Notes: generated by a model not told the origin, from the sequence alone. Shown: positions 19,447 through 29,952, counted from the stretch's first letter. The stretch is 64,000 nt of DNA from Candidatus Heimdallarchaeota archaeon (GCA_048881705.1 JBHLSH010000001.1:32001-96000), one strand, 5' to 3'. Numbers and translations are program-made.

Positions 19447-21057
19447 TTGGCTGATGAGGTAATTTTTTTTTCAGATTCCCATATATCAAAGTACACAGGT
19501 CTATTTCATGAAAAAGTGTTCAACATGGGGGTTAATCTAGTCAATGAAATTCTTAATGCCCGACCCAATGCTTTTTTATTGCATCTAGGGGATATTACCG
19601 ATTCTGGGACGTATGAGGATTTTCTTTATGCAAAAAACGTACTAGATGCGAACTTTTCAAATATCGAGCGATTCTATACAATTCCTGGAAATCACGATAT
19701 GCGAAACATCGGATATCAGCTCTGGAAGGATTTCTTTGGGGAGCGTCAGTTCTTTATTGACACGAGAGAAGATGGAGGAAACATGCTCATCTTGGGAATA
19801 GACTCTTCAGAACCTGATGCGAATACTGGGATGATAGGAGATCGAGGCATAGAGGCCATTTGTGAATTAGCGAAGTATCCTGAAGATATGGTAAAGATAC
19901 TATGTTTTCATCATCATTTCCTTCCCATTCCAAATACAGGGAGGGAACGGGCAATGGTTCTAGATGCTGGCGATGTAAGGGAGGTTATTTGGGATGCAGG
20001 AATTGATATTATTGTTACCGCACACCGTCATTATCCAAATGTATTTTCTCTTTCAAACGGTGATAGAAGACTTTTGTTAATCAATTCGGGCACTTTCAGC
20101 AGTTTTAAAACGCGTGGAAGGGCGGGACATACCTTTGTTCATTTAAAGATGAATGAAAATCGTATCAAACTGAAGTTTATGGGTATCGAGGCCTATTCGG
20201 AATTCCTGCAACCCGCTCAATTTACTCAAGGTATTTCCAATGGTGAAATCACGACATACTCTCCATATGTTTTGCCTGAGGATAAGATATTGACAAAGAT
20301 CTGTCAATTTTCTGACACCCATTTTACAAATGGTAATGATTTTCTCCCCGAAGTTTATGATTTAGGCATTAAAATGATGGTTAGAGAGAAACCAAATCTA
20401 CTAGCCCATTGCGGGGACCTAACCAATGATTCGTATCCTGAGGATTTTGCTCTTGCTAAAATGAGATTACGTGAACTTCGTGAAAGTAAAATACCGTATT
20501 TAATTGTACCTGGGAAACGTGATCTTCAACCATTCGGTCGCGAGATGTTTATTGAACAGATTGGCCCGCTTGATCCCATCTTTGAAGATCCTACTGTACG
20601 CGTGGTTGGCATCAACACAGGCCCCGATGATTCAGGACATGTGGGACGTAGCCGACTTAAGATGATCCAAAGGGATTTTCATCAATATGGGTCATACAAA
20701 TTCTTTGTTGTGGTTATGCATCACTCAACGCTACCGATCCCCCGAGCAAAATTCAAGCGGAGTGTCCAAGATGCAGGAGATGTTATTAGTTTTCTTACAG
20801 GAAACCAGGTACCTCTCGTTCTTTCAGGGTTCGAACACTATGCAACCACATTACAGGTTGAAAACACCGTATTTGTGAATTCTGGAACATTCTCCAGTAG
20901 AAAAATTAGGTCACGACGATTAAATACGTTTGTGGTTATCACTGTGTACGAGAGTGGGATGATGTTGGTTGAGGAAATTGAAATCCATTCAGGATCACGT
21001 CATAGATTAGGTATTTTTAGGGTTCCACTAATACATATGAGGGAACCCAATCAATAA
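19447..21057 (+). CDS. Tandem calcineurin-like metallophosphoesterase (two domains)
   Basis: Domain 1: SDSH, GDIT, GNHD, HHH, AHRH. Domain 2: SDTH, GDLT, GKRD, HHS, GFEH. Confidence 0.9.
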   Translation: MADEVIFFSDSHISKYTGLFHEKVFNMGVNLVNEILNARPNAFLLHLGDITDSGTYEDFLYAKNVLDANFSNIERFYTIPGNHDMRNIGYQLWKDFFGERQFFIDTREDGGNMLILGIDSSEPDANTGMIGDRGIEAICELAKYPEDMVKILCFHHHFLPIPNTGRERAMVLDAGDVREVIWDAGIDIIVTAHRHYPNVFSLSNGDRRLLLINSGTFSSFKTRGRAGHTFVHLKMNENRIKLKFMGIEAYSEFLQPAQFTQGISNGEITTYSPYVLPEDKILTKICQFSDTHFTNGNDFLPEVYDLGIKMMVREKPNLLAHCGDLTNDSYPEDFALAKMRLRELRESKIPYLIVPGKRDLQPFGREMFIEQIGPLDPIFEDPTVRVVGINTGPDDSGHVGRSRLKMIQRDFHQYGSYKFFVVVMHHSTLPIPRAKFKRSVQDAGDVISFLTGNQVPLVLSGFEHYATTLQVENTVFVNSGTFSSRKIRSRRLNTFVVITVYESGMMLVEEIEIHSGSRHRLGIFRVPLIHMREPNQ

Positions 21058-21128
21058 GGCAGCTCTAGTTATGAATCTGTATTCAGACGTCACCATATCT
21101 TCTAGGCGGTAAGGGAAAAAAGGTGTCC

Positions 21129-22268
21129 CTATCGTGATTGTTTTCGATAGGAACTGATAATAACGATGATTAATCCTAAAACTGGATAAAAACCTTGTAG
21201 GACTGGGGTAAATGTAGATCTGACCATCTGGGGGACAGAGTTTGGATCCAAAGGATCACTTTTCAGATCTAATTCGACTTTATCTCCATAGGAATCATTG
21301 TCTGAATCAGATCGATTAGGAAAGGTGCCAATCTCCCATTCAAGTTTCGAAGAAAGGCCATCTTCGTCAGGATCTTTAGATGGAGATTCCGAATCCGTAG
21401 CATTTAGTGAAAATTGATATTCAAACCAATTGGGAAGATCATCTTGGTCAGGATCATTATGATCAAAGCGGTACATGAAATTCGGAAAACCATAGTTACT
21501 ACGATCTGTCCAAAACATAATATCCAGATTATGATCATCAACGGGCATATCACTTTTATTGAAGCCCCATAGACGCATCCATGTCAAATCCTCATAATCT
21601 AAGATGGAGTATGCGGCACTTCCATACCACGATTTAGGAACCTCACCTCCTTCCAGATGTTCTCCCCCGAAAAGGTGCGCTAATTCATGAAGTAGCATCA
21701 ATTGAGGTGTGGTCCACAAGCCTGGCTGATTATGGGCAATAATGAATGAATTTCCCAAGATAGCATTAGCATGATTTCCGCCTCCGTTGTATTCTTTTTG
21801 ATATATCATAAGAATGTCATATCCATTTTTCTCCAGATCTGGACTATTTATCGTTGAAGTCGGAAGCCAAGGGAGATCAATTTGAACGGCAGACATTGTA
21901 TCAAAAAGGGAGTCGTTCTCGTCAGGTGTGAATAACCAGATTTTTGCAATATGGATGTTGATCCCAAATTTCTTTTCAAATGGAGTCAACCAGGTTTTGA
22001 ATAGCCGTTGAACCGTCGAACGATTAAAAAAACTACCCAAACCGAACAGACTGTCGTCAAGTGCCAGGAGGGCCGCAATCGATCCGGTAGGCCTATAAAT
22101 ATGGGATGGTAATATTGTAGAAACACCATCCGAATTCAGAATTGCTTTATGTGGAAAAACAAGAGCGGAAGGAAGGAGGATCGAAAACATAACAAGGCAG
22201 CTGAAAACTACAGATTTCATCTTATCTGGTCTCATAATCATGGTAAGGAACTGAGCCAAAGAAACCAC
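21129..22268 (-). CDS. Secreted, membrane-anchored zincin metalloprotease with Asp-rich Ca-binding-like repeats
   Basis: HELAHLFGGEH (HExxHxxGxxH); DPDQDDLPNWFE / DPDEDGL / DSDNDSYGD repeats; N-terminal signal and C-terminal TM helix. Confidence 0.75.
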   Translation of the reverse strand: MVSLAQFLTMIMRPDKMKSVVFSCLVMFSILLPSALVFPHKAILNSDGVSTILPSHIYRPTGSIAALLALDDSLFGLGSFFNRSTVQRLFKTWLTPFEKKFGINIHIAKIWLFTPDENDSLFDTMSAVQIDLPWLPTSTINSPDLEKNGYDILMIYQKEYNGGGNHANAILGNSFIIAHNQPGLWTTPQLMLLHELAHLFGGEHLEGGEVPKSWYGSAAYSILDYEDLTWMRLWGFNKSDMPVDDHNLDIMFWTDRSNYGFPNFMYRFDHNDPDQDDLPNWFEYQFSLNATDSESPSKDPDEDGLSSKLEWEIGTFPNRSDSDNDSYGDKVELDLKSDPLDPNSVPQMVRSTFTPVLQGFYPVLGLIIVIISSYRKQSR

Positions 22269-22290
22269 CTATTTTAACAGCGCAGAGGAT

Positions 22291-22887
22291 TCAAGAAGAG
22301 AATAGAATCACCAATTCCCGTGGAGATATCTTTCTTTCAAACTTGACAGCGAAACGGTATTTTTGGAATATCTTTATCAACTGACCAAGATCTTTATGAG
22401 GTACCAGGATATGGAATGGTGCAGATTGAAGCCGGCTTTCTATCTGTATACGTCCAATTCGATCATATCCCCTGCCACGAAGTCTTCTTTCCCACTGGTC
22501 AAATTTGATCGATTTCAAGTCCCTGTACCGTAACTTGGTCAGTTGATACAAGTTTCTTTTGAAAATACTAGACGAAAAAGATCCAACACCGTATAGAGCC
22601 GCATGCTTATCCAGTTGGATCAGTTTATAATGTCTAGGAAGAAAAACTATCAGAAGAAAGATCCATGCGACAATGAGCACACCTATTGCTAGCCAGCCAA
22701 ACAATAGAAAGGAGAAAATGCCAATTACGATTGAAAATAAGACCATATCTTTTATTAATCCTTTTGTATCATGGGCACGACAGTAATAAATCGTGTTCTC
22801 AGCGTAAGGGGGATAAAACTGGCCAGGACTTAGCTCTTGGTCCTTACTAATCGCCATTCTTAAGTATTCGACAATAAATTCAAACAT
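22291..22887 (-). CDS. Hypothetical membrane protein (2 TM plus soluble beta-rich domain)
   Basis: 198-aa ORF co-oriented with the downstream protease gene. Confidence 0.7.
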   Translation of the reverse strand: MFEFIVEYLRMAISKDQELSPGQFYPPYAENTIYYCRAHDTKGLIKDMVLFSIVIGIFSFLLFGWLAIGVLIVAWIFLLIVFLPRHYKLIQLDKHAALYGVGSFSSSIFKRNLYQLTKLRYRDLKSIKFDQWERRLRGRGYDRIGRIQIESRLQSAPFHILVPHKDLGQLIKIFQKYRFAVKFERKISPRELVILFSS

Positions 22888-22914
22888 TTAAACCCTCTGT
22901 GGTGAAGTTAAAGA

Positions 22915-23577
22915 TTGAACTTGTACTCCAGCCAAGATAGGGATCGACAACGAATACTTCTGGTTCGACACGGACAGAGTGAAGCCAACGCCCAGCGGAT
23001 ATACCAAGGACAGAATGACTCTCCGTTATCATCACTGGGAAGAACTCAAGCTGTGGATTTGGCAAAGCGATTGAGAATCAATGGTTACAGTTTTGACCAG
23101 ATATATTCATCTGATCTCATTAGAGCCGCTGAAACAACTCAAATAATTCTCACACAAATGGAAACTGTAGGTTGCCCGGTTATTTACACTCCGTTGCTGA
23201 GGGAAATGGATTTAGGGGCGTATTCAGGAAGAAAAATGGATACGCTTAATGCAGACGAGCAGGCGTACCTTGATACGATCTGGAAGGAACGATCAAAGCG
23301 ATTTCCTGGTGGGGAAAGTGTAAACATGCTGGTGCGTCGTTTGATGGAGTTTATGATTAGGGTAGAGAATTTACCGACTTCATCAGCCACTATCTTGGTT
23401 GTGACACACGGAGGTCCAATCTATCATATCTTGAGCTCCATTTTAGGATTATTAGAGGGATTTTCCTTTGGTTGGTTTGAAAACTGTAAGGTAAATGAGG
23501 TTGAACGAATCAATAGCGCGTTCAAGGATCCAGAATGGAAGTTACTGACAATAAATGATAATCCATGGTCTGAATAA
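22915..23577 (+). CDS. Histidine phosphatase family (phosphoglycerate mutase-like)
   Basis: LVRHGQS, YSSDLIRAAET, LREMDLG, PGGES, VTHGG. Confidence 0.93.
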   Translation: MNLYSSQDRDRQRILLVRHGQSEANAQRIYQGQNDSPLSSLGRTQAVDLAKRLRINGYSFDQIYSSDLIRAAETTQIILTQMETVGCPVIYTPLLREMDLGAYSGRKMDTLNADEQAYLDTIWKERSKRFPGGESVNMLVRRLMEFMIRVENLPTSSATILVVTHGGPIYHILSSILGLLEGFSFGWFENCKVNEVERINSAFKDPEWKLLTINDNPWSE

Positions 23578-23726
23578 AAGTAGATCCATTCAATAATCTA
23601 AAATAGCTAGGATACTGGCAGAGGTTACGAAAGCACATATTTTTATATCTTAGTATGGCTTAGAAGGCATTCCCGAATTCTACTAAGGGTGAAATTTGTA
23701 TAGGAATAAGGATGATTTTGGAACTA

Positions 23727-24593
23727 TTAAAATTTACTAGTAAAAGGAAAACTAGATTGTCTAAATTCGATTTCTTGCTCATTATGGAAATCTATTTTCT
23801 GAACAGTACTGAGGAATTTTTCAATCAGACATACTGAGATGGTCAGAGTCAGAAACGGACTCAAGAAATCATGAGAAATAATGTGATATTCGTGTAGGTT
23901 TGCTAGAGCGGTATCAGAACTAGTCCAGGTTAATGCGAAACAAAGATTATTATCCGAATCTGTGATCTGGCATGTTCTTGAAAGCAAATACTCCTTATTT
24001 CCTCTTATTGAAAACGCCTCAACAGGAGCTTTGACTCGTAGGAGCCCGAACTGAGTTCTTATCTTTCCAAGGTTGAAAAGAATGCCAGATTCATCTATAA
24101 ATTTGCCTCCTGGAAGTTTTACATTAACCTGGTCATTACTTAACTTCCCCAGGATCTGCCAGGTAATTCTACCGAACAGGGGAATCTGCCCTCTGATTTC
24201 TCCTAGATTTATTCCAGTTAACGTCTCAACACGAAACGAATATAGATTGGCAAGTTCTACAAATGCCGTGACTATTATTACAATCGGAATTAAAAGCGAA
24301 GGAAGGATAAAAAAAAGCCAGATTGGTTCAAACAGGAAATTTAGAAGATTACTATTTATGGGAATTAGGATTGATGAATCTGGATAAATGTCATCAAGGA
24401 TTGCAATACATACTAGTAGTGTAAATATCCAGATAAGCTTCTTTAAAATAATCACTAACCTAACAAATGGGCGTCTCCCCCCTATTATCCTTATGAACTC
24501 ATGTCCGTTCACGACTCTAGTATTGTACTCGATTTTGCCCTCTTTTGCTGATCTTTGTAATCGGAAGGCTGTCATCGTGAGAATCTCACCCAA
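23727..24593 (-). CDS. Hypothetical 2-TM protein with possible LURP-one/scramblase-like domain
   Basis: Two TM helices, then repeated beta-hairpin units (SFRVETLTGINLGEIRG; CQITDSDNNLCFAL) and a terminal hydrophobic helix. Confidence 0.6.
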   Translation of the reverse strand: MGEILTMTAFRLQRSAKEGKIEYNTRVVNGHEFIRIIGGRRPFVRLVIILKKLIWIFTLLVCIAILDDIYPDSSILIPINSNLLNFLFEPIWLFFILPSLLIPIVIIVTAFVELANLYSFRVETLTGINLGEIRGQIPLFGRITWQILGKLSNDQVNVKLPGGKFIDESGILFNLGKIRTQFGLLRVKAPVEAFSIRGNKEYLLSRTCQITDSDNNLCFALTWTSSDTALANLHEYHIISHDFLSPFLTLTISVCLIEKFLSTVQKIDFHNEQEIEFRQSSFPFTSKF

Positions 24594-24797
24594 TTTTCGC
24601 TTGGGATCTGAAAACTAAATACGCACAATATTCAAAGCTCTATGGTTATTTGAACCTACGTATTTACGAAGTAATTTCAGGAGGAAATGAAAAGATGTCC
24701 TAATTATGGATTCTACGGATTTTTCCGATGGAAAATCCACCATCTTTCTCAAAAAGAAAATTTAATGGCCAAAATGTTTAGGAAATGCCATTATTCG

Positions 24798-25778
24798 TCA
24801 TAAAAATACAGATTCTTCAGACTCGGGATCAAATGAAAGAATATCTTTTGTTAATAAAATACGAGCCACATGGCCCGTTTTACCGTGAATAGATGTTGGG
24901 AGTCGCAGTAACCGACGGAGATCGATGGTTACTTTGTGATCGATTCGCGGGGCCCATCGTCGAAGGATTTCATCATATTTATTAATCTTAGCGAGATTCA
25001 GATTGAATCTCCGCATGAAATTTTCGTCGATTAGTCCATCCTGATGTTTTAGTTGTCGAATTACATCAGATGCGGTATTTGCACTGAATCCCAGCTCGAT
25101 TAGATCTTTTCGCTTGATATTTCTAAGAAAATACCTAAAAACAGTTTGTTCAATACGTTTACGAAAATCATATCGGAGTTTTGTCCGATCATGAACACGA
25201 GCAGTCTCTCCTTCACCATGGACAATTGACATATAGTCCACAATCGCCTTACGCTGTTCCTGATCAAGATTAAACCCAATATCGTCTTTTATCCACCCGT
25301 GGACTCCTCTACGTCCAGAAAACACCCATGTTATGTTTTCTAGCCCAAAATCCATACGTAAGGTTTCATCGATGATTTCGATTGCAAGGGTTATCAATTG
25401 CCAACAACTGTGACAAACCTGTTCTGCTCCTTGGCACGAGCAGATGAACTTCCGAACCGCATCATAGTCTGTGAGATCGAGATCAAATACTAACTCATGA
25501 CCCCTCCATTCGAGAGTGTGGATTGGTGTCTCCCGTGTTGGGGGAGTATCAAAGACGGCACCAACATATACGTCCGTCGGGGTTCGGTCAACCAAGAAAT
25601 CGACAAATTCATGAGGTGTTTCAAACGAGAGGTTCCGAAAGAATTTTCCGTGTAGGCTGATAAATCCAAACTCCCTATATGAGAAATTAGTGAGATCAAT
25701 AATATCAGATAAGTCTTGGAGGTCAAAATAAGACGCGTAATAATCACGGATCAGTTGTCGTTTCTGGTAAAGGGTCAT
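24798..25778 (-). CDS. priS: DNA primase catalytic (small) subunit
   Basis: YREFGF, ELVFDLDLTDY (DxD), Zn motif CSC...CHSC, FSGRRGVH, IDHKVTIDLRRLLRLPTSIHGKTG. Confidence 0.96.
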   Translation of the reverse strand: MTLYQKRQLIRDYYASYFDLQDLSDIIDLTNFSYREFGFISLHGKFFRNLSFETPHEFVDFLVDRTPTDVYVGAVFDTPPTRETPIHTLEWRGHELVFDLDLTDYDAVRKFICSCQGAEQVCHSCWQLITLAIEIIDETLRMDFGLENITWVFSGRRGVHGWIKDDIGFNLDQEQRKAIVDYMSIVHGEGETARVHDRTKLRYDFRKRIEQTVFRYFLRNIKRKDLIELGFSANTASDVIRQLKHQDGLIDENFMRRFNLNLAKINKYDEILRRWAPRIDHKVTIDLRRLLRLPTSIHGKTGHVARILLTKDILSFDPESEESVFL

Positions 25779-27028
25779 TATACCTCACGTGTCTCGTCAC
25801 TAGATGCCGATTTAATTTCAGATGCGGCCAAACTCCACTGCAATGGATGGACAATCTTACGAGGAGCAGGCCGACCATAAACAATCCGAAAGAACCAAGT
25901 ACATGCTAGTGTAGGATCGCTTCCACTCCTCCCAACAATTCGAGTAATTTGGTTATGTGGAGTTGACCGGGGATTACTACGATTCAGTGCATTAGCCTTT
26001 AAGTATTTTGTCAAAAGATCGGGGGCGAGATGAACAAACGGACAGAAATATCCTGTAGCTATCGTGGAGCATTTTGGAACGTGATAATCGGTACGACCTC
26101 CCTCAAGTCCATACAAATGCCTTATTTGGTAACCCGCCTGTCGTTGGAATGTAGAAAAACTCACTCCAACGTTGTCTACTGACTTTTCATACCAATACTG
26201 GAGCTGCTCGTCTACAGACATTCCCGTTTTTTTCAAAAAAAATCCCAATTGAAGGCGATGGACATGGGTCAGCCTACCTGAGCGTTCAAGTTCCATAGAA
26301 AGGTATGCCATGCACGGTGGGAAGAGCTCGGGATTTGTATGTAGATTGTACCCTTCAAGGTCAATTTCTCCAAATTGTGATCGAATTTGAACATGCTGTG
26401 CTAAATGTTGTTCAATTTCTTGAACAACTTGGTCAATATCCTCACGAAGACCTAATAGATTCTGAGCCTTCTCGATTTCGTGTTCAAACTTTTGTTCAAA
26501 GGCTTTCTTGAGACTCCCCCTAAAATCGGTTTCACTCGATATTACCCAGCCTTTACGCAGATACCCTCGCCTATTGGCTACCATCCAGGGGACTTGAGTA
26601 AAATGTACACAGATGATGAAATCTCTACGCGAACCTCCTTTCTGGCCAAAATGAATATCCTCGTACAATTGGGTAAGGTGGGGATTTTGAGACTCGTCCA
26701 TGATCGATTTAAATTCTTCATAATGCATAACATTTTCCGAACCAAAGATTGCCTGGAAAAATCTAGTTCGTTCTTCATGTGACTCCACACGATCAAAGTA
26801 TAATTGTTGGAATAGATCCCCTTCCGTTTCGATAAGCCACGCTTCAAGTCTTCTATTGGTTGCAGCAACCAACCGAAGTAAATATGCGCCCAATAAATAG
26901 TTCTTATAGATTTCGGGGAGACCAACATCATGGTAAGGGAAAGTATCGTGGATCACTTGTGAGGGATTTCTCGGAAGATCTTCAAGTAATTTGATTCGAT
27001 CTAGTGCCAACTTTTTCCAATCCAACAT
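25778..27028 (-). CDS. priL: DNA primase large (regulatory, Fe-S) subunit
   Basis: FPPCM, HVHRLQLGFFL, YQIRHLYGLEGGRTDY..PKC..CP; TAATG overlap with priS. Confidence 0.95.
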   Translation of the reverse strand: MLDWKKLALDRIKLLEDLPRNPSQVIHDTFPYHDVGLPEIYKNYLLGAYLLRLVAATNRRLEAWLIETEGDLFQQLYFDRVESHEERTRFFQAIFGSENVMHYEEFKSIMDESQNPHLTQLYEDIHFGQKGGSRRDFIICVHFTQVPWMVANRRGYLRKGWVISSETDFRGSLKKAFEQKFEHEIEKAQNLLGLREDIDQVVQEIEQHLAQHVQIRSQFGEIDLEGYNLHTNPELFPPCMAYLSMELERSGRLTHVHRLQLGFFLKKTGMSVDEQLQYWYEKSVDNVGVSFSTFQRQAGYQIRHLYGLEGGRTDYHVPKCSTIATGYFCPFVHLAPDLLTKYLKANALNRSNPRSTPHNQITRIVGRSGSDPTLACTWFFRIVYGRPAPRKIVHPLQWSLAASEIKSASSDETREV

Positions 27029-27360
27029 GTCAAGACTGAGGTCAGGAGGGGTTTTCAGTATGAACCAGTCTGGTAACGACAGCGTTTATCCCTTCATGCC
27101 AGGATTAGAGTGGAATAATTAAGAGTAGATAAGAGCTGAGCTTCAATACATACAACTCGAGGTTCCCTTATTAAAGAACATGAAAAAACCTCATACGAGA
27201 CCATATAGCTAATAATTCATAAGGTAAGGAAACAAGAAAACGCCTGCTTAGCCATCACTATATATACTACTATACGTTTTAGTTATCCTTCTGATATCCT
27301 TTTCCTCTGAAGAGGTGAATAACATTAGTTGACATTTACCGGCAATACTGTATCGATAAG

Positions 27361-27924
27361 ATGAACCTAGTAGAACGGTTTATCTCCAGAGAGTCCGGAC
27401 AGGTATTGGATGTGGGCTGTGGCAATGTCAACGTACCTGGACTTCAATACTGTTATTGGCGTTTAAGGGCAAAATATGACGTCATCGGAGTTGATATCCG
27501 TCCGGGACAATACGAGAATGTCCTAAAAGCCTCGGGAACCCATCTTCCCTTTGCTAGTCGCTCGTTCAAATATGTGGTCTCATTTGATGTAATTGAACAT
27601 ATTAAAGATTTTTCAGCGGTCATTAAAGAAATGTTACGGGTGGCAAAGCATCGGGCGATAATCATAGTTCCGTCAACCTCACGGCCCACGGTACGAAAAG
27701 CGTTAAATTGGGTTCGACGTATGCTCGGAGGTGCGGGCTCAGATCTAGGTGAACTTGTGTTACAAGGTCATTATTACGAGTTTTTTCCTAATGAAATCCT
27801 TTACTTCAAAGGAGAAGCGTTTGAGGCCTTTCATCTTACCTTAGATTATCCCATATACGGCCGAAATTTACTCCGTAGAGCTGGGGTCATCTTTGCGGGG
27901 TTGTACATTTTTGACCGTTTATAG
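27361..27924 (+). CDS. Class I SAM-dependent methyltransferase
   Basis: VLDVGCG, IGVDI, LPFASRSFKYVVSFDVIEHI. Confidence 0.9.
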   Translation: MNLVERFISRESGQVLDVGCGNVNVPGLQYCYWRLRAKYDVIGVDIRPGQYENVLKASGTHLPFASRSFKYVVSFDVIEHIKDFSAVIKEMLRVAKHRAIIIVPSTSRPTVRKALNWVRRMLGGAGSDLGELVLQGHYYEFFPNEILYFKGEAFEAFHLTLDYPIYGRNLLRRAGVIFAGLYIFDRL

Positions 27925-27969
27925 CCATTTCTCCCTAGTTATCTTGAAATCAGATGGTTTCCCAGAGAG

Positions 27970-29118
27970 ATGCCTATGAATATTGTGGAACTTCTTTTTA
28001 CTCAATTTGGCCCCCTCTTTTATAATGGAATCTTTCTCGGATTATGGTTACTCTGGTTTGTGTATAATTCTAACGAGAAAGGAATGCCTTTGCGAACTAG
28101 GTTCAGTACTTATCTCAAAAACCCACTATGGTTTTATTTGATAACATCGGGCCTAATTATATTGTTTCTCTTCCTAGTACTCTCCTACGCAATTCAAAAT
28201 ACGGACGTCGATGATGCTATTACATCTGGGGTTCAAGCCTTTTTGGCAGGCAACAACCCGTACAAGGAAGAAGTGGTAATACATCATCTGCCATCTGGAA
28301 TAACCTATGGCTTTTATCACTACTTTCCACCGGATTTGTTGTCATACAGTCTATTTTATCTTTTAGGGGGGAGATTACTCGTGTCTCTCTTGGACACATA
28401 TTGGTTTGTCCCATTCCATTTCATCCTCCTCATTCCTTCTTATTGGTTCGTATCGCGAATTGTAAACTGGCCGAATGGCCGCCGACTCCCTTTTTTCGGA
28501 TTATTAGTTTCCCCGTTCTTGTTTACAAATTCCATATTAATGTTATTCTTTTTTTTGATTGGATATTATCTCTATGAGATCCAAGAAAAACACACCCTAG
28601 GAATGACCTTCTATGTACTAGCAGCTTCAATAAAATATATGGTTGGCTTTATTGTTCTGTTCTATTTAGTTGAAAAACTTAGACTTCTTCTAAAGGAAGG
28701 TCTGCCCGCCTCGAAATGGACGTACATCCATGCAAATTTTGGTCCATACCTACTAGCGGGCATCACCCTTGCCGTTTTTTCACTCCCATTTGGTCTCGTT
28801 GATGTAATTATAGCCGTGTTTTTCTACCAAGGCCTGCTATCGTTCCGAAGTGAGGTGGCCCAATCTCAAGGACCATTACTAATCGAACTCATTCACTGGG
28901 GGGCATTAGATCCTTTTTATATTGGTTTTGTTGTCATCATTCTTATCAGCGCTTTTTTTATGGCACGAAAACAATCTACGTATAGCCAGATACTGCATTT
29001 TTCGTTTCTGGCGATGATAATCTTGCCATTTTACGCGACAGAGCTCTTCATTACCGTTCCCTTTTATTGGTGGTTCAAGGAAGGACAGGATGTAATGATA
29101 GAGGAACGGAATGTCTAG
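27970..29118 (+). CDS. Polytopic membrane protein, possibly GT-C glycosyltransferase-like
   Basis: Many TM helices; loop TDVDDAI...GNNPY...YHYFP resembles the acidic first loop of GT-C/DUF2029-type proteins. Confidence 0.6.
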   Translation: MPMNIVELLFTQFGPLFYNGIFLGLWLLWFVYNSNEKGMPLRTRFSTYLKNPLWFYLITSGLIILFLFLVLSYAIQNTDVDDAITSGVQAFLAGNNPYKEEVVIHHLPSGITYGFYHYFPPDLLSYSLFYLLGGRLLVSLLDTYWFVPFHFILLIPSYWFVSRIVNWPNGRRLPFFGLLVSPFLFTNSILMLFFFLIGYYLYEIQEKHTLGMTFYVLAASIKYMVGFIVLFYLVEKLRLLLKEGLPASKWTYIHANFGPYLLAGITLAVFSLPFGLVDVIIAVFFYQGLLSFRSEVAQSQGPLLIELIHWGALDPFYIGFVVIILISAFFMARKQSTYSQILHFSFLAMIILPFYATELFITVPFYWWFKEGQDVMIEERNV

Positions 29119-29160
29119 GAACAAAAAACCTTCAATTCCCCTCCCAGACTAATGATGGAC

Positions 29161-29394
29161 TCATCTAGTGTTTGCAATAGTAGAGATAACAGAGATACTT
29201 CTAACTGAGAATCTTTCATCCACATATAGGATGCGAACGTGTTCTTCATCATTGTCAAGACCATGGATGTCCACAACCTGACAGACCCCCGAAATCGATG
29301 GTTTGTAATCTTTTTTCCTCATTTTAAGGGGAATTGCTTTTTTGCAAATGGGACATGGCTCACAATTAAGGGCCACAAAGTCACCTTTGGACAT
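29161..29394 (-). CDS. Small hypothetical protein with CPIC and His motifs
   Basis: CEPCPIC...VDIHG...HVRILYVDERFSVR; protein-like composition. Confidence 0.7.
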   Translation of the reverse strand: MSKGDFVALNCEPCPICKKAIPLKMRKKDYKPSISGVCQVVDIHGLDNDEEHVRILYVDERFSVRSISVISTIANTR

Positions 29395-29580
29395 TTTCTA
29401 CGTTCCTTTAGACTTTTCCTGCTTTTTTAGTATGCCTACGAAGGCTTTCTTAAACCTTTCTTTATAAGATTAGTTAAAACTCCTAATTCCAACCGAGAAA
29501 TCTGGAAATGAGTTTTGGAAAGGTTTTTAAATGTAATTTATGGAGTATTCCTCAGTTTAAGTCGTTAGTCCCTGCTAAAG

Positions 29581-29916
29581 ATGAGGGTTTGTCTTATGAA
29601 GGATGAGACGGAATCGGAATTGACCGTCGATACCCCCTGGGGTAAATTGATAACAGTAAAAGGACTGAAATTTCTACTTGACGGGTTCACTAACGATTTA
29701 AGGAAAATTGATGGCTCATTACGAAACATTGAGACTCGCCTTGCAGAATTAGAGTCAACTTTGCCGAGTAGGAACACTATAAGTCGAATTCAAGCCTTAG
29801 AGGGATCATTTAAATCGCTCGAAGAAGAGATTCAACAGTTTCGTGAGAATCAGACAAGATTCGCCTCACATTTGAAAAAAACCTTAGAGCTTTTTTACGC
29901 CCGTTTAGAAAACTAA
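29581..29916 (+). CDS. Small coiled-coil protein
   Basis: Heptad pattern LRKIDGSLRNIETRLAELE...IQALEGSFKSLEEEIQQF. Confidence 0.7.
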   Translation: MRVCLMKDETESELTVDTPWGKLITVKGLKFLLDGFTNDLRKIDGSLRNIETRLAELESTLPSRNTISRIQALEGSFKSLEEEIQQFRENQTRFASHLKKTLELFYARLEN

Positions 29917-29952
29917 GTCATTTAATTTGAACTTCGCTCCATCTAAGCGATT

